Positions 10,639-20,497 are shown, numbered from the stretch's first letter. The stretch is 54,520 bases of DNA from Candidatus Micrarchaeota archaeon (GCA_040753215.1 JBFMEZ010000001.1:1-54520); one strand, 5' to 3'. Notes: generated by a model not told the origin, from the sequence alone. Program-made: numbers and translations.

Positions 10639-10740
10639 ATGCAAGAAGAAAGCCGGACAGTCGCCGCGTTGGATAGAATTGCCACGGCACTAGAAAGGCT
10701 CGTAAATGCGGTTGAAGAATTAAGGACTGAAAGGACATGA
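10639..10740 (+). CDS. 33-aa coiled-coil peptide (not in ORF track)
   Basis: MQEESRTVAALDRIATALERLVNAVEELRTERT fills the gap to the convergent gene exactly; heptad pattern. Confidence 0.5.
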   Translation: MQEESRTVAALDRIATALERLVNAVEELRTERT

Positions 10741-11742
10741 TCAGAGCTTCATCTTCCTCACGGTTACGCCTGCTTCCCCCAATAGTTTCAATGCGCTCTC
10801 GTGCAGGGGATAGTCCGCGTTGTAGACAACTTCCTTCACGCCTGCATTGATTATCATCTTTGTGCAGTAGAGGCACGGGCAGAAAGTGGAATAGAGGGTG
10901 GAGTCCTTCACGCTTATCCCGTGGTAGGCGGCCTGCACGATTGCGTTCTCCTCCCCGTGGGAGCAGAAGCACTCATCAAGCTTTGCGCCGCTCTCCGCGA
11001 AATTGTTGCAGCGCGGGCATCCCCCCTCATTGCAGTTCTTCGTTCCGCGGGGGGTTCCATTATACCCCGTAGAGATTATTCTTTTATCCCGCACAATAAC
11101 CGCTGCCACTTTTCGTTTTATGCAGTTGCTGCGGGAGGCGACCTGCCTCGCGATTGCCATGAAATAGTCGTCCCAGGATGGGCGGTCGGAGCGGAATTCC
11201 TTGGAGAGCTGGGAGAGGAGCAGGTCCCACTTATCATGGAGTTCTGGAACTTCCGCATCGTTCTCTATTTTCCTGTCCGCCATGCGGATTGTTTCCCCGA
11301 GGTTCTGGCCCTCCTTCTTCATCTCCGCTTCCTCTATCACCTGGAACGCCTCGAAGGTCTGGGGGTCGCTCTCCCTTCCCCGCGCCTTCATCCTTGCGAA
11401 GCGGATTTCAGGAGAAGCGTATACGTGGACGAGCACGAAATTCCTGAGCTTCTTCAGCTCTTTCACTTCTCCGGGGTTGCGGATGGAATCCACTATGTAA
11501 TTCCGGTCCTTCTCCATCTTATGGACTGCGCGCTGTGCGAGGATGCCCTGCCCGAAGCGTGCGCGCAAATCATTCCCCTTCGCAATCATGGACTCGCGGG
11601 TGATTTCCGCATTTTCCTCTGCCAATTCTTCCCGGATGAAATCCGATAATGAGAGATAATAGAAGCCGCGCTTCTTCAGGTATTCCGCGCTTATTCCCTT
11701 CCCGCCGCAGTTCTCGCCCGTGAGACCGATTATTAGAGACAT
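10741..11742 (-). CDS. P-loop nucleotide kinase / dCMP deaminase fusion
   Basis: N-terminal GLTGENCGGKG P-loop; C-terminal RPSWDDYFM, HGEENA and PCLYC zinc-deaminase motifs. Confidence 0.9.
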   Translation of the reverse strand: MSLIIGLTGENCGGKGISAEYLKKRGFYYLSLSDFIREELAEENAEITRESMIAKGNDLRARFGQGILAQRAVHKMEKDRNYIVDSIRNPGEVKELKKLRNFVLVHVYASPEIRFARMKARGRESDPQTFEAFQVIEEAEMKKEGQNLGETIRMADRKIENDAEVPELHDKWDLLLSQLSKEFRSDRPSWDDYFMAIARQVASRSNCIKRKVAAVIVRDKRIISTGYNGTPRGTKNCNEGGCPRCNNFAESGAKLDECFCSHGEENAIVQAAYHGISVKDSTLYSTFCPCLYCTKMIINAGVKEVVYNADYPLHESALKLLGEAGVTVRKMKL

Positions 11743-11793
11743 GAATACGACCCCGGGAAGAATTAGCGCTGTGCATTTTAAAAAGCGGACGGC

Positions 11794-11878
11794 GGGAAAC
11801 GGAAAACTGGGAACTCACACCGTGAAGCTGCCCTTTCGTTTCCCTGTTTTCCCAGGGCTTCACGGTGTGACCGGAAAC
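11794..11878. repeat. Palindromic element copy 1 within a GGAAAC heptamer array
   Basis: Inverted repeat TCACACCGTGAAGC 11815-11828 / GCTTCACGGTGTGA 11857-11870; similar copies at 39036 and 41019. Confidence 0.9.
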
Positions 11879-11879
11879 T

Positions 11880-11950
11880 TGCGGCTACCGGGGCTCGAAC
11901 CCGGGTCGCCAGATTGGGAATCTGGAATCCTGCCACTAGACTATAGCCGC
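11880..11950 (-). tRNA. tRNA-Gly (anticodon CCC), intron-less, no encoded CCA
   Basis: Reverse complement GCGGCTA...TAGCCGC-A acceptor stem; anticodon arm CCAGA-TTCCCAA-TCTGG; T-loop GTTCGAG. Confidence 0.95.
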
Positions 11951-12109
11951 TCTCCTTTTTGCTTTCTGCAGTTGGGTATCCTTGCTTCGCAAGGAAGCAA
12001 AAATGAGCCCAAAAACCTCAAGCAAATAGGGATAGTGTGGGAATATCGCACGGAATCTTTTTTATGGCTTTCCTGCAATGCAAATAACATACGTAAGGAA
12101 GATCCATAA

Positions 12110-12217
12110 GGAGAACTGAACGAAGAAACGAAGCATGATATCCAGATTGCGAGAAAACAAATAAAGGAAGGCAGGGGCCTAACAACCAAACAACTTCTCA
12201 CCGAACTAGGAATATGA
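12110..12217 (+). pseudogene. Antitoxin-like C-terminal remnant
   Basis: GELNEETKHDIQIARKQIKEGRGLTTKQLLTELGI* has an in-frame stop just upstream and no in-frame start; ends in an ATGA overlap. Confidence 0.35.
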
Positions 12218-14121
12218 TTGCTGGAACTCCGCTCCGCGAATCTTTTTATTCTCAAATGCGAAATGCATTCGTGGAAATCTATTTCAGGCATCCTGCGATA
12301 AGGAGGCACCAGGATGCGCTCATCCGGGATGCGAACGAGGCAATAGAAGGGAGGAAACTTCTCCTTGCGAACGCGCCGGTGGGGCTGGGGAAGACGGATG
12401 CGGTGCTCGCGCCCGCAGTCACCTATGCGCTGAAGCACGGGAAGACGGTGTTCTTTCTCACCCCCAAAATTTCGCAGCATAAGATTGCGCTTTCGGTTGT
12501 GCGGGGGATGCGGGAGAAGTACGGGCTGGATTTGCGCGCGGTGGACCTGATAGGGAGGAGGTACGCATGCGTGGACCCGGTGCTCTCGGATTTGGACCAG
12601 GAGGGTTTCTACCAGTCCTGCGAGCGGCGGAGGAAGAAGGAGGAGTGCCTGTTCTATGGGAATTCGAAAGGGTACGGGAAATTGGGGGAGGCGAAGGCGG
12701 ATTTGCTTTTCAGGAAAATCAGCGAGAAGGCGGGGCCCTGCCCGTCGCATGAGGAGCTGCTAGCGCTGGGGAGGGAGTGCGAGGCGTGCCCGTATGAGTG
12801 GCTCATGAGGCTGGCGGGGAATGCTGATGTAATAATTGCGGACTATTTCCACCTTATGCTCCCGCAGATAAGGGACCTGCTTCTGCTTAAGACGCGGAAG
12901 AAGCTGGAAGATTCTATAGTGATTGTGGATGAGGCGCACAATCTTGCGAAGAGGGTGAGGGACCACCTTTCTTCTTCCACGAATAATTTTTACCTTGGAA
13001 AACTGGATAAGGAGATGCGGGCGCTCGGGCTGAAAACCAGTCTGGAAAGCGCGTTTGTGAGATGGGCGGGAGGAGAGCTGGGGGATGCGCGGGAGAAGCT
13101 GGTGGGGCGGGATGGCTTTTTTGCGGTGCTTGGGGAGCTTGAGGGGACGCCGGAGGAACTGGTTGATGTATTTTCGGAGCTTGGCTTCCAGTTCGTGGAG
13201 CGCACGGGAAGGAAGAGCCACGCGCTACGCTTCGCGAAATTCCTGGAGAGGTGGAATGAGAAGGACAGGAGGGAGACGGCAAGGATTCTGAGGAAGACGT
13301 CGCGGGGATACTTGCTCTCCAAAAAATTCCTGGACCCGAGCGTTTCCACTTCCAAACTGAACGAAGCGCATTCCGCGGTTTTGATGAGCGGGACCCTCCT
13401 GCCGCTGGAGATGCACAGGGATGTGCTTGGGCTGGAGCATGTGAGATGCGTGTTGAAGAGTTATCCCTCGCCTTTCCCTGAGAAGAACAGGATGAATATC
13501 CTTTTGGAGGGATTTACTACGCGGTATTCGAAGCGGAGCGCGGATGAGTATTTGAGGATGGCAAGGATGATTGACAGGATTGCGGCGGAAACCCCGGGAG
13601 GGGCGGCGGTATTCTTTCCGTCTTATAATGTATTGCAGGGAGTCGTGCCGCTCATGAGAAGCGGAAGGATGCTCGTGCAGAAGGAGAGGATGAGGCCCTC
13701 GGAGGTCGGGGCGATGCTCAGGGATTTCGCGAAGGGAGGGGTTCTGTGCGCGGTCCAGGGAGGGAGCGCCGCGGAGGGGATAGACCTGTGCAACGGGGAA
13801 ATAAAATGCGCCGTGGTTGTAGGGGTTGCGCTGGAGGAGATGAGCATGGAGGTCGAGGCGCTCATAGAATACTATGATGAAAAATTTGGAAGGGGGTGGG
13901 ATTACGGGTATCTGTATCCCGGCGTGATACGCGCAGTGCAGGCGGCAGGAAGGGCGATAAGGAAGGAGGAGGACAGGGCGGTTGTCGTGTATATGGATGA
14001 GAGGTTCAGGTGGAAGAATTACAGGGGACTGTTGCCGGATGAGAGGTATGCGGTGGCTGAGGACCCGGTTCCTTATATGCGGAAATTCTGGCAGGAAAAG
14101 AAAACTAATTTTAATGAGTAG
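12214..14121 (+). CDS. xpd: XPD/Rad3-family Fe-S DNA helicase
   Basis: Walker A APVGLGKT, four Fe-S Cys, DEAH, SGTL, QAAGRAIR; true start may be GTG at 12271. Confidence 0.92.
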   Translation: MIAGTPLRESFYSQMRNAFVEIYFRHPAIRRHQDALIRDANEAIEGRKLLLANAPVGLGKTDAVLAPAVTYALKHGKTVFFLTPKISQHKIALSVVRGMREKYGLDLRAVDLIGRRYACVDPVLSDLDQEGFYQSCERRRKKEECLFYGNSKGYGKLGEAKADLLFRKISEKAGPCPSHEELLALGRECEACPYEWLMRLAGNADVIIADYFHLMLPQIRDLLLLKTRKKLEDSIVIVDEAHNLAKRVRDHLSSSTNNFYLGKLDKEMRALGLKTSLESAFVRWAGGELGDAREKLVGRDGFFAVLGELEGTPEELVDVFSELGFQFVERTGRKSHALRFAKFLERWNEKDRRETARILRKTSRGYLLSKKFLDPSVSTSKLNEAHSAVLMSGTLLPLEMHRDVLGLEHVRCVLKSYPSPFPEKNRMNILLEGFTTRYSKRSADEYLRMARMIDRIAAETPGGAAVFFPSYNVLQGVVPLMRSGRMLVQKERMRPSEVGAMLRDFAKGGVLCAVQGGSAAEGIDLCNGEIKCAVVVGVALEEMSMEVEALIEYYDEKFGRGWDYGYLYPGVIRAVQAAGRAIRKEEDRAVVVYMDERFRWKNYRGLLPDERYAVAEDPVPYMRKFWQEKKTNFNE

Positions 14122-15744
14122 GTGAAAAAGGCAGGCATGCGGACATTAGTTATACTGCTATTGCTGCTTTCTTTCTCCTTCGCCGCATGCGGGGGGGAGG
14201 TGGAGATGGGCCTGCCGGCCGTGAGCGGCGGGGAAGGGCTCCTCGTGAACATGGTGATGAAGAGCGTGCCCGGGGAAGGAATGGAATACGTCGGCGCGGA
14301 GCCGTCCGTTGGTACCGCGACGCAGGAATCCCTCTCGACCGCGGCGGATGTTGCAAGGGAGCTCGCGCAGGGAGGGTACGACTGCGACCTGCTCTTGAGG
14401 GTGGACGAGGCGGACAGCCCGGGGGGCGTGGAGGGCCCTTCCGCCGGTGCCGCGTTTGCGGTGATGGCATACTCGCTTTTCACGGGGGAGGGGATGAGGG
14501 AGGATGCGGCCATCACCGGCGCAATCTCGGATGGCGGACTGGTGCTGCCGGTCGGCGGGCTGTACGAGAAGGCGCTGAGCGCGAAGATTGCGGGCATGCG
14601 GCATTTTGTGACGCCCATCCAGAGCGTGGAGGAGAAGCTGATGCTGCGCGCAATCACCGGCATAAACATACATGAGGTGGAAGATGCGCATGAGGCGGTG
14701 GAATTCTTCCTTGAGGATAAGGTGCCCCCGGAGAGGCCCCTTGAGCTGGAGGTGGAGCCGCTGGGGAACCTCACCCCGTACGAAGGCGCGCGGGTGCCCG
14801 GGATGGAAAGCATAGTGCGCACCCTCATAGGGGAGGAGAGGGCCGTGATAAGCGGCATAGAAGACAATGCGGTGCGCGGATATTTCGGGGGGAAGGCGGT
14901 GCAGCACGAGCAGTTGTACGGGCTGGGGTATGATTACGCTGCGGCGAACGGCGCCTTCCTCACGCAGATTTCCGCGTCCGCAATCGCCGAGGTCAGCAGG
15001 CCGGACATAGAGGCGAAGAAGATGGAGGTGCAGGAATGCCTGGGCGCCCTGCAAAAGCCGGCCATCACCATCGGGAATTACGAATGGCTGATGGGCGGGG
15101 AGGCGCGCGAGATGCGTGCGCGCAGGAATTACGGGAAATACTCGGGCCTGGAACCGGAAACGAAGGACGAGGAGTACCTGCTCGTGTACCAGATGGGCTA
15201 CAGCAAGGCCTGGTGCGATGCGGCCGCGGCGATGTATGCAACCGGAAGCGCCGGGGGGGCCGCCATTGATGAGGCGGAGCTGGAGGGGATTGCGGAAGGG
15301 CTGCTGAACTATACGGACGACTATGGCGAATGGCAGGAGTACGCGGATACCGGGAAGCAGCTTTACGAAGAAGGAATGTACGCGGGCGCTGTGTACGAGC
15401 TTATGTTTGCAAGGAGCATGGTTGAGGGGGACGAAGCGCTGGAGGAGGGGGTTACCGGAGCCGATTATGCGCTGCTGGCTGAAAATGAGAGCGCCAGCGC
15501 ATGGGGGATGGTGTTCAGGGCGCATTCGCTGTACCTGATGCAGCAGGGCGAGAACGAGGACGCATACAGGATGATTGTCTTTGCAAGGAACATGGACGGT
15601 GTGGCTGCGGAAGTCGGCGCAGTGAATGCAACCGCAGCCGGAAGCGATACGGAAACCGGAAACCGGCAACTGGAAACAGAAAATCTATGCATGCCTGCAT
15701 TCTTTTTGCTTGTTGTTGCATTTGTTGCAGTTTGCGAAAAATAA
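14122..15744 (+). CDS. Exported Lon-type (S16) serine protease
   Basis: Signal peptide; EGPSAG catalytic Ser and PVGGLYEKA Lys dyad; no ATPase domain; hydrophobic C-terminus. Confidence 0.88.
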   Translation: MKKAGMRTLVILLLLLSFSFAACGGEVEMGLPAVSGGEGLLVNMVMKSVPGEGMEYVGAEPSVGTATQESLSTAADVARELAQGGYDCDLLLRVDEADSPGGVEGPSAGAAFAVMAYSLFTGEGMREDAAITGAISDGGLVLPVGGLYEKALSAKIAGMRHFVTPIQSVEEKLMLRAITGINIHEVEDAHEAVEFFLEDKVPPERPLELEVEPLGNLTPYEGARVPGMESIVRTLIGEERAVISGIEDNAVRGYFGGKAVQHEQLYGLGYDYAAANGAFLTQISASAIAEVSRPDIEAKKMEVQECLGALQKPAITIGNYEWLMGGEAREMRARRNYGKYSGLEPETKDEEYLLVYQMGYSKAWCDAAAAMYATGSAGGAAIDEAELEGIAEGLLNYTDDYGEWQEYADTGKQLYEEGMYAGAVYELMFARSMVEGDEALEEGVTGADYALLAENESASAWGMVFRAHSLYLMQQGENEDAYRMIVFARNMDGVAAEVGAVNATAAGSDTETGNRQLETENLCMPAFFLLVVAFVAVCEK

Positions 15745-15782
15745 TAAAAAATGTAAGGTAGAGATATGGGCGGCGATCGTGG

Positions 15783-16604
15783 ATGGCTAAACTCACGCCC
15801 CGTGACATAGGCGCGCTTATAGAAGTGAGGAAGAGGATTGCCGAGCTTAATTATAAGAAGGGCCGCCTGACGGGCTCCGGGAACCCAAGGGAACTGAAGG
15901 AGGTTGAGGACGAGCTGGGCCGCCTCGGGGAGAGGAAGGCTGCGCTTGAGAAGAAAGCCGAAGGGATAGAGATATTCATCCCCTCCCAGAAGAGGCTGGA
16001 CGAGCTGCAGGCGAAGATATCCGGGCATGATGAGGAGGATGTGGCCGCGGCGATGAGGGCGAAGGAAGGTGAGCTGTACGGGATGCTCAGGGAGAAGGGC
16101 GCGATACTGAAAAGGAACATGGAGGCGCGCAACGAGATAGGGAAGCTCGTCATAATCGTGCAGACCGTTTATCCCGCGCTGCGCGCGAAGGTTGCGGATG
16201 CGGTGAAGGAGGGCAGGGCCCCGGAGATGGAAGTGGCGGAGCTTGCCGGCAAGGAAGGGAAGATCGTTGCGTCCCTCAACAGGATGGGGATAAGCTGCCG
16301 GGTGAGGGAGGGGAAGATTGCGCCTTCGGAAGAGGCGTGGAACGAGGCGAAAGTGCTGCTGAACAACGTCCACATATGGATTCCGCGGGAGAACCTTGAC
16401 AGGTTCGTGCAGAACGAGGCGGAGATGGAGCTGGTGGGGATAAAGCTGCAGGTGAAGAACGCCGAGAAGCAGGTGAAGGCGTTCGATGAAGCGGAGATGA
16501 AGGCATTCGAAGGCCTGCAGGCGAAGTATATAGACCTGCTGAAAGTGAGGAAGGACATTACTGATGTTTATGAGAAGGAGTTCGCGGGGCTAGAGCTGTC
16601 TTGA
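15783..16604 (+). CDS. Coiled-coil hypothetical protein
   Basis: 273-aa ORF rich in E/K/R with host-like codon usage. Confidence 0.75.
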   Translation: MAKLTPRDIGALIEVRKRIAELNYKKGRLTGSGNPRELKEVEDELGRLGERKAALEKKAEGIEIFIPSQKRLDELQAKISGHDEEDVAAAMRAKEGELYGMLREKGAILKRNMEARNEIGKLVIIVQTVYPALRAKVADAVKEGRAPEMEVAELAGKEGKIVASLNRMGISCRVREGKIAPSEEAWNEAKVLLNNVHIWIPRENLDRFVQNEAEMELVGIKLQVKNAEKQVKAFDEAEMKAFEGLQAKYIDLLKVRKDITDVYEKEFAGLELS

Positions 16605-18119
16605 AACGTAGGGGCCGTCCCGCCTGTAGCCGCGCGAGAAGTAGTAGGGCTTTACTCCGGTTCCGCTTATCACAACCATCTTTCTGCATGAGAAGTCTTC
16701 TCCCGCAATCCTTTCCGCTTCCCTGAGCAGGAGGGTTCCGAAATTCCTGTGCTGGGCGTTGCCCTCTTTCCCAAGCGGAGTTTCGGAGCCGTAAACGTGC
16801 AGCTCGCGGATGAGGGCGGTTTTCCCTGTTATCTCTTTCCTGAACGGGTTCCCCGGGATGCGGAGCCGGGCGAAGCCGATGAGCTTGTCGCTGAATTCGT
16901 ATGAAAGGAAGAACTCCTCTCCGCCGCTTGCCTCGTATTCCATGCTCTTCAGCTCCGCCTCTTCCGCAGGGAAGAGGGCTTCTTTTATTTCGCGGGCGCG
17001 CATCTCTTTCTGCGGAATACATTCCTTCCTTATTTCGCGCTCGACCAGCTCGCGCAGGTTGCTCTTCTCCACGCCGGCCCCTATGAGTGGCAGGGGGATG
17101 TCGCGCTGGATGCGCATCACGCGCACATATGGCGGGATGTATTTGTAGGCCTGCGAGATTACGCGGGCGGCCTTTTCCGAAGAGTACGGCTCGTATTCCC
17201 CGCGCTTCCAGATTTCATATAGTTTTGTCCCGGGAATCACCAGCGTGGGGTATATCTTGAGCATGTCCGGCCTGAAGCGGGGGTCCGAGAAGAGCATTTT
17301 GAACATCCGGATGTCCTTTCTCTCATCCGAGCCCGGAAGGCCCGGCATCATGTGGTAGCAGACCTTGAATGCGGAATCCTTGAGGAGGGCGGTCGCGACC
17401 TCCACATCCTTCACTGCGTGGCCGCGGTTAATCGTCCTGTAAATCCTGTCATCGGGATGCTGGACCCCGAGCTCCACCCTCGTGGCACCGTATCCCAGCA
17501 TCTCGTCTATTTCCCTCTTCCCGCACATATCGGGGCGGGTTTCCAGCGTGAAGCCGACTACGCGGCTGTGTGCATTTTCGTTGAGCCTTTTGGCTGCGGG
17601 GAGGGAGGGGGATTTCCTCCCGTTAAATGCGTCGTACACGCTTTTTACGAAAGGGCGCTTGTAGGATTCCGGCATGGACAGGAAGGTGCCGCCCATGAGT
17701 ATGAGCTCGCATTTGCCTGTGGGGTGGCCTGTCTCGCGGAAATGGCGGAGGCGGGTGCGCACCTGGACCGCTGGGTCGAAGCCCGACTGGCGCGCGCGGA
17801 GCGCCGCCGGCTCCTCTCCTGTGTAGCTCCTGGGCGCTTTCCCCGTAAAAGGGCAGTAGATGCAGGACCACCTGCAGGAGCCCTCGGGGCGCACCATCAC
17901 CGCAACCGGCGTAACTCCGGAAAGGGTGCGCATCGGGCGCTTTTTCAGGACAGAAAGAAGTTCGCGCGTGAGCTTCCCCTTCGGGAAAGAGGAGAGGATT
18001 TCGGAATTCCTCGGGAAGGAGGCGAGGGGGAATCTGCGGGCCGCTTCCATCTTTATCCTTTCCAGGTCCCTCCTGCCGGAAAGCAGCTCTGAGATTATGT
18101 ATCCAACAGCACCGCGCAT
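16590..18119 (-). CDS. elp3: Elp3 radical-SAM / acetyltransferase, tRNA U34 modification enzyme
   Basis: RTLSGV, CRWSCIYCP, SYTGEEP, MGGTF, ETRPD, IRELHVYG. Confidence 0.95.
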   Translation of the reverse strand: MRGAVGYIISELLSGRRDLERIKMEAARRFPLASFPRNSEILSSFPKGKLTRELLSVLKKRPMRTLSGVTPVAVMVRPEGSCRWSCIYCPFTGKAPRSYTGEEPAALRARQSGFDPAVQVRTRLRHFRETGHPTGKCELILMGGTFLSMPESYKRPFVKSVYDAFNGRKSPSLPAAKRLNENAHSRVVGFTLETRPDMCGKREIDEMLGYGATRVELGVQHPDDRIYRTINRGHAVKDVEVATALLKDSAFKVCYHMMPGLPGSDERKDIRMFKMLFSDPRFRPDMLKIYPTLVIPGTKLYEIWKRGEYEPYSSEKAARVISQAYKYIPPYVRVMRIQRDIPLPLIGAGVEKSNLRELVEREIRKECIPQKEMRAREIKEALFPAEEAELKSMEYEASGGEEFFLSYEFSDKLIGFARLRIPGNPFRKEITGKTALIRELHVYGSETPLGKEGNAQHRNFGTLLLREAERIAGEDFSCRKMVVISGTGVKPYYFSRGYRRDGPYVSRQL

Positions 18120-18128
18120 CCCGCTTAC

Positions 18129-18926
18129 CTACCAGAGGCCGGAGATTATGCCAACCAGCGCATAAACAGGGACTTCAAAGACCGGGAAGAGCAGCGCCCC
18201 GTTTATCGTTGCCTTGTAATCGGAAAGGACGTCCGGGACCGCGCGCACGGTTATCCCCGATTCCTCCCGCACCGCGGGGGCGTTTGCGGACTGGACGATT
18301 ATGGTGGGGCGGTATTCCTCCTCCTCAAAGCCCGCGACCTCGTAGAGTATGGTCTTGCTCCCTCCCCCTGCCACATAGACGGTTTTGGTGAAGGACCATT
18401 TGGGCACTCCTGCCGCGGAGACCTGGAAAAGGTCCCCGGCGGCCCCCTTGTTGTTTATCGTCACCTCGAAGACCGCGGGCTGGCCGAGCCCGACCCTCCT
18501 CGCGTCCGGCCGCACCCCCATGTCCATCACATCGTTGCTTATTTCAATTTCCGCTATGAAGGAGACGTTCCCCAGCTGCTCCGCATCGTCCTCGTCCCTT
18601 ACCGTTATTGGAATGGAGTACCTTCCTTCCGGGGCATCCCTTGCGGAAGTGATTGTGACCTGCAGGGGCCTTCCGTACAGGAGGCTGTTGCGGAAGCTCC
18701 ACCCTTCCGGGACATAATCCACGGTCGCGAGGTCGTAGTTCCCGCCGATTCCGTGTATCCCCCCGGTATAGACTTCATTATGTATGGTGATGGGCATCGT
18801 CTGCCCCGGCCCGATTGTCCCCAAAAATATGCGGTCACCGCCCCTTATCTCCTGGGTGAGCGGCTCCAGCATCTGGGCCGGGAATACAAGGGCAACAAGA
18901 AGAACTGACAGAAGCAATGCTCTCAT
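18129..18926 (-). CDS. Exported Ig-like domain protein with hydrophobic C-terminus
   Basis: Signal peptide; beta-sandwich patterns (APEGRYSIPITV, VTINNKG). Confidence 0.75.
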   Translation of the reverse strand: MRALLLSVLLVALVFPAQMLEPLTQEIRGGDRIFLGTIGPGQTMPITIHNEVYTGGIHGIGGNYDLATVDYVPEGWSFRNSLLYGRPLQVTITSARDAPEGRYSIPITVRDEDDAEQLGNVSFIAEIEISNDVMDMGVRPDARRVGLGQPAVFEVTINNKGAAGDLFQVSAAGVPKWSFTKTVYVAGGGSKTILYEVAGFEEEEYRPTIIVQSANAPAVREESGITVRAVPDVLSDYKATINGALLFPVFEVPVYALVGIISGLW

Positions 18927-18971
18927 GGGATTGTTATTTTACTATTATAGTTAAAACACTTGCGAAACCGC

Positions 18972-19262
18972 TCAATGCTCAATCCGGAAAGAATCAAACC
19001 TCTTCTCCGCGCCCTTTTCAAATCCGAGGACATCTATCTTTTCGACACGGCGCATGGCGTCATTCACGCTTATCCTCTCCAGAAATTCACGGTAGGCCTT
19101 TTCCGTATCGCTCTCGCAGAGGATTTCCACATCCCCGCCAGGGAGGTTTTTCACCCAGCCGCGGAGCCCGAGCTCCCGCGCGGCGGACTGCACGAGCCAG
19201 CGGTAATTCACGCCCTGCACGTCCCCGTGGACGAGGAGGTGCGCGCGGAGCATCCGGCTCAC
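18972..19262 (-). CDS. acyP: Acylphosphatase
   Basis: VHGDVQGVNYR and GWVKNLPGGDVE. Confidence 0.92.
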   Translation of the reverse strand: MSRMLRAHLLVHGDVQGVNYRWLVQSAARELGLRGWVKNLPGGDVEILCESDTEKAYREFLERISVNDAMRRVEKIDVLGFEKGAEKRFDSFRIEH

Positions 19263-19957
19263 ACCTCTACCGAAATCCCGCTCTCGCCTATCTCCACCGG
19301 GAAGCGCTGCATGAGGTGCGTCCTACCCTTCATCTTCACGACCTCTATGCGCCTCTGCCTCTTTTCCTTCGCATACACGTAATCGAGGCGTATCCAGCCG
19401 TCCACGAGGTTCTCTATGCCGTAGGGGGTGCGCGGCCTCTCGCCCTCCGCCGCCGGCTCCTCCTCTGCAACGATCAGGGTTGTGGTTTTCCATTTCCGCA
19501 GGTTCTGTATTACTTCGAGGAAGCCCTTCTTGCGCGCATCCTGGTCCGGGAAGAGGAGGGCGATTGGCATTATGGAATCGATCACGAGCCGCTCGACCCC
19601 CATCGTGTCTATTATCTCCCCCACGGCGGACCTCTGGCTCAGGAACTGGTCCACTTCGTAGGGCGGGTAGTCGAGGAAGATGAGCTGCTTGGAATTCTCG
19701 AGCCCGGCGAGGTCCCATCCCTTGTAGTCCATGTGCCTGTAGGTGGATTCGCGGCTTTCCTCTATAACGACATAAAGGCCTGGCTCGCTGTAGAGTTTTG
19801 CGCCCTTTACCAGGAACTGGAGCGCGAGGGTGCTGCGGCCGGAGCCGGTCGGCCCGCTCACAAGCGTTATGGAACCCGGCGGAAGGCCCCCGCCGAGAAG
19901 CTTGTCCAGGCCCGGAATGCCGGTCTTCACGAGTTCGCTGCTGTTTTTCATGCTCAT
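19259..19957 (-). CDS. Single-domain KaiC-like (RecA-superfamily) ATPase
   Basis: TGIPGLDKLLGGG, GPTGSGRS, IEES, LVIDS, KMKG. Confidence 0.9.
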   Translation of the reverse strand: MSMKNSSELVKTGIPGLDKLLGGGLPPGSITLVSGPTGSGRSTLALQFLVKGAKLYSEPGLYVVIEESRESTYRHMDYKGWDLAGLENSKQLIFLDYPPYEVDQFLSQRSAVGEIIDTMGVERLVIDSIMPIALLFPDQDARKKGFLEVIQNLRKWKTTTLIVAEEEPAAEGERPRTPYGIENLVDGWIRLDYVYAKEKRQRRIEVVKMKGRTHLMQRFPVEIGESGISVEV

Positions 19958-20448
19958 CCGGCCCCCTTCTTTTCCATCAGCTTTTCCCCCATCCTCATCC
20001 TCTGCTCGAGGCTTTTTTTATACCTTTCCTTCTCTTCTAGGGAGGCGACCTTCTCCATTATGTACTTCCTGTAGTCGTGGGTTGTCGCCCCTATGAACAT
20101 GAGGAGCTCGTGCAGCTCCGGGACGGAAAGGGCGAACTCCTCCGGCCTGAGCACCTCGACCGAGAAGGGGCTGTGCTGCGCACAGAGGCGCGCGAGAGAG
20201 AGCAGGTCCTTTGTGAGCACCTTTATCTCCACTGTTGTGGAGAAAATCCCTTCCCTTTCCATCGGCTCGTCTATCTCGCCGCTGGCGTACAGGACCCCCT
20301 GCTCCCGCAGGACCTTCTGCACGAAGCCGACCCCGAGCTTCTGGAGCGCGTCCTTCGGGGTGCCGTGCAGATCGAAGTAGAGCAGGGCGAGGACGCCGCC
20401 GTCCTTTACCGTCTTGTCTATGAGCCTGCCTATGTCTTTCTCCTGCAT
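19954..20448 (-). CDS. Hypothetical protein, first gene of the KaiC-acyP operon
   Basis: 164-aa ORF with a 4-bp overlap with the KaiC-like gene. Confidence 0.75.
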   Translation of the reverse strand: MQEKDIGRLIDKTVKDGGVLALLYFDLHGTPKDALQKLGVGFVQKVLREQGVLYASGEIDEPMEREGIFSTTVEIKVLTKDLLSLARLCAQHSPFSVEVLRPEEFALSVPELHELLMFIGATTHDYRKYIMEKVASLEEKERYKKSLEQRMRMGEKLMEKKGAG

Positions 20449-20497
20449 GAATATCAGTGACTATAGAGTGAATAAAAAAGAATAAGAAAGGTAGGGA

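Noticed and set aside
14158..15669. Long antisense ORFs (503 aa here, also 18917..20074 and 50468..51625)
   Set aside because: Shadow frames of well-supported genes in GC-rich sequence
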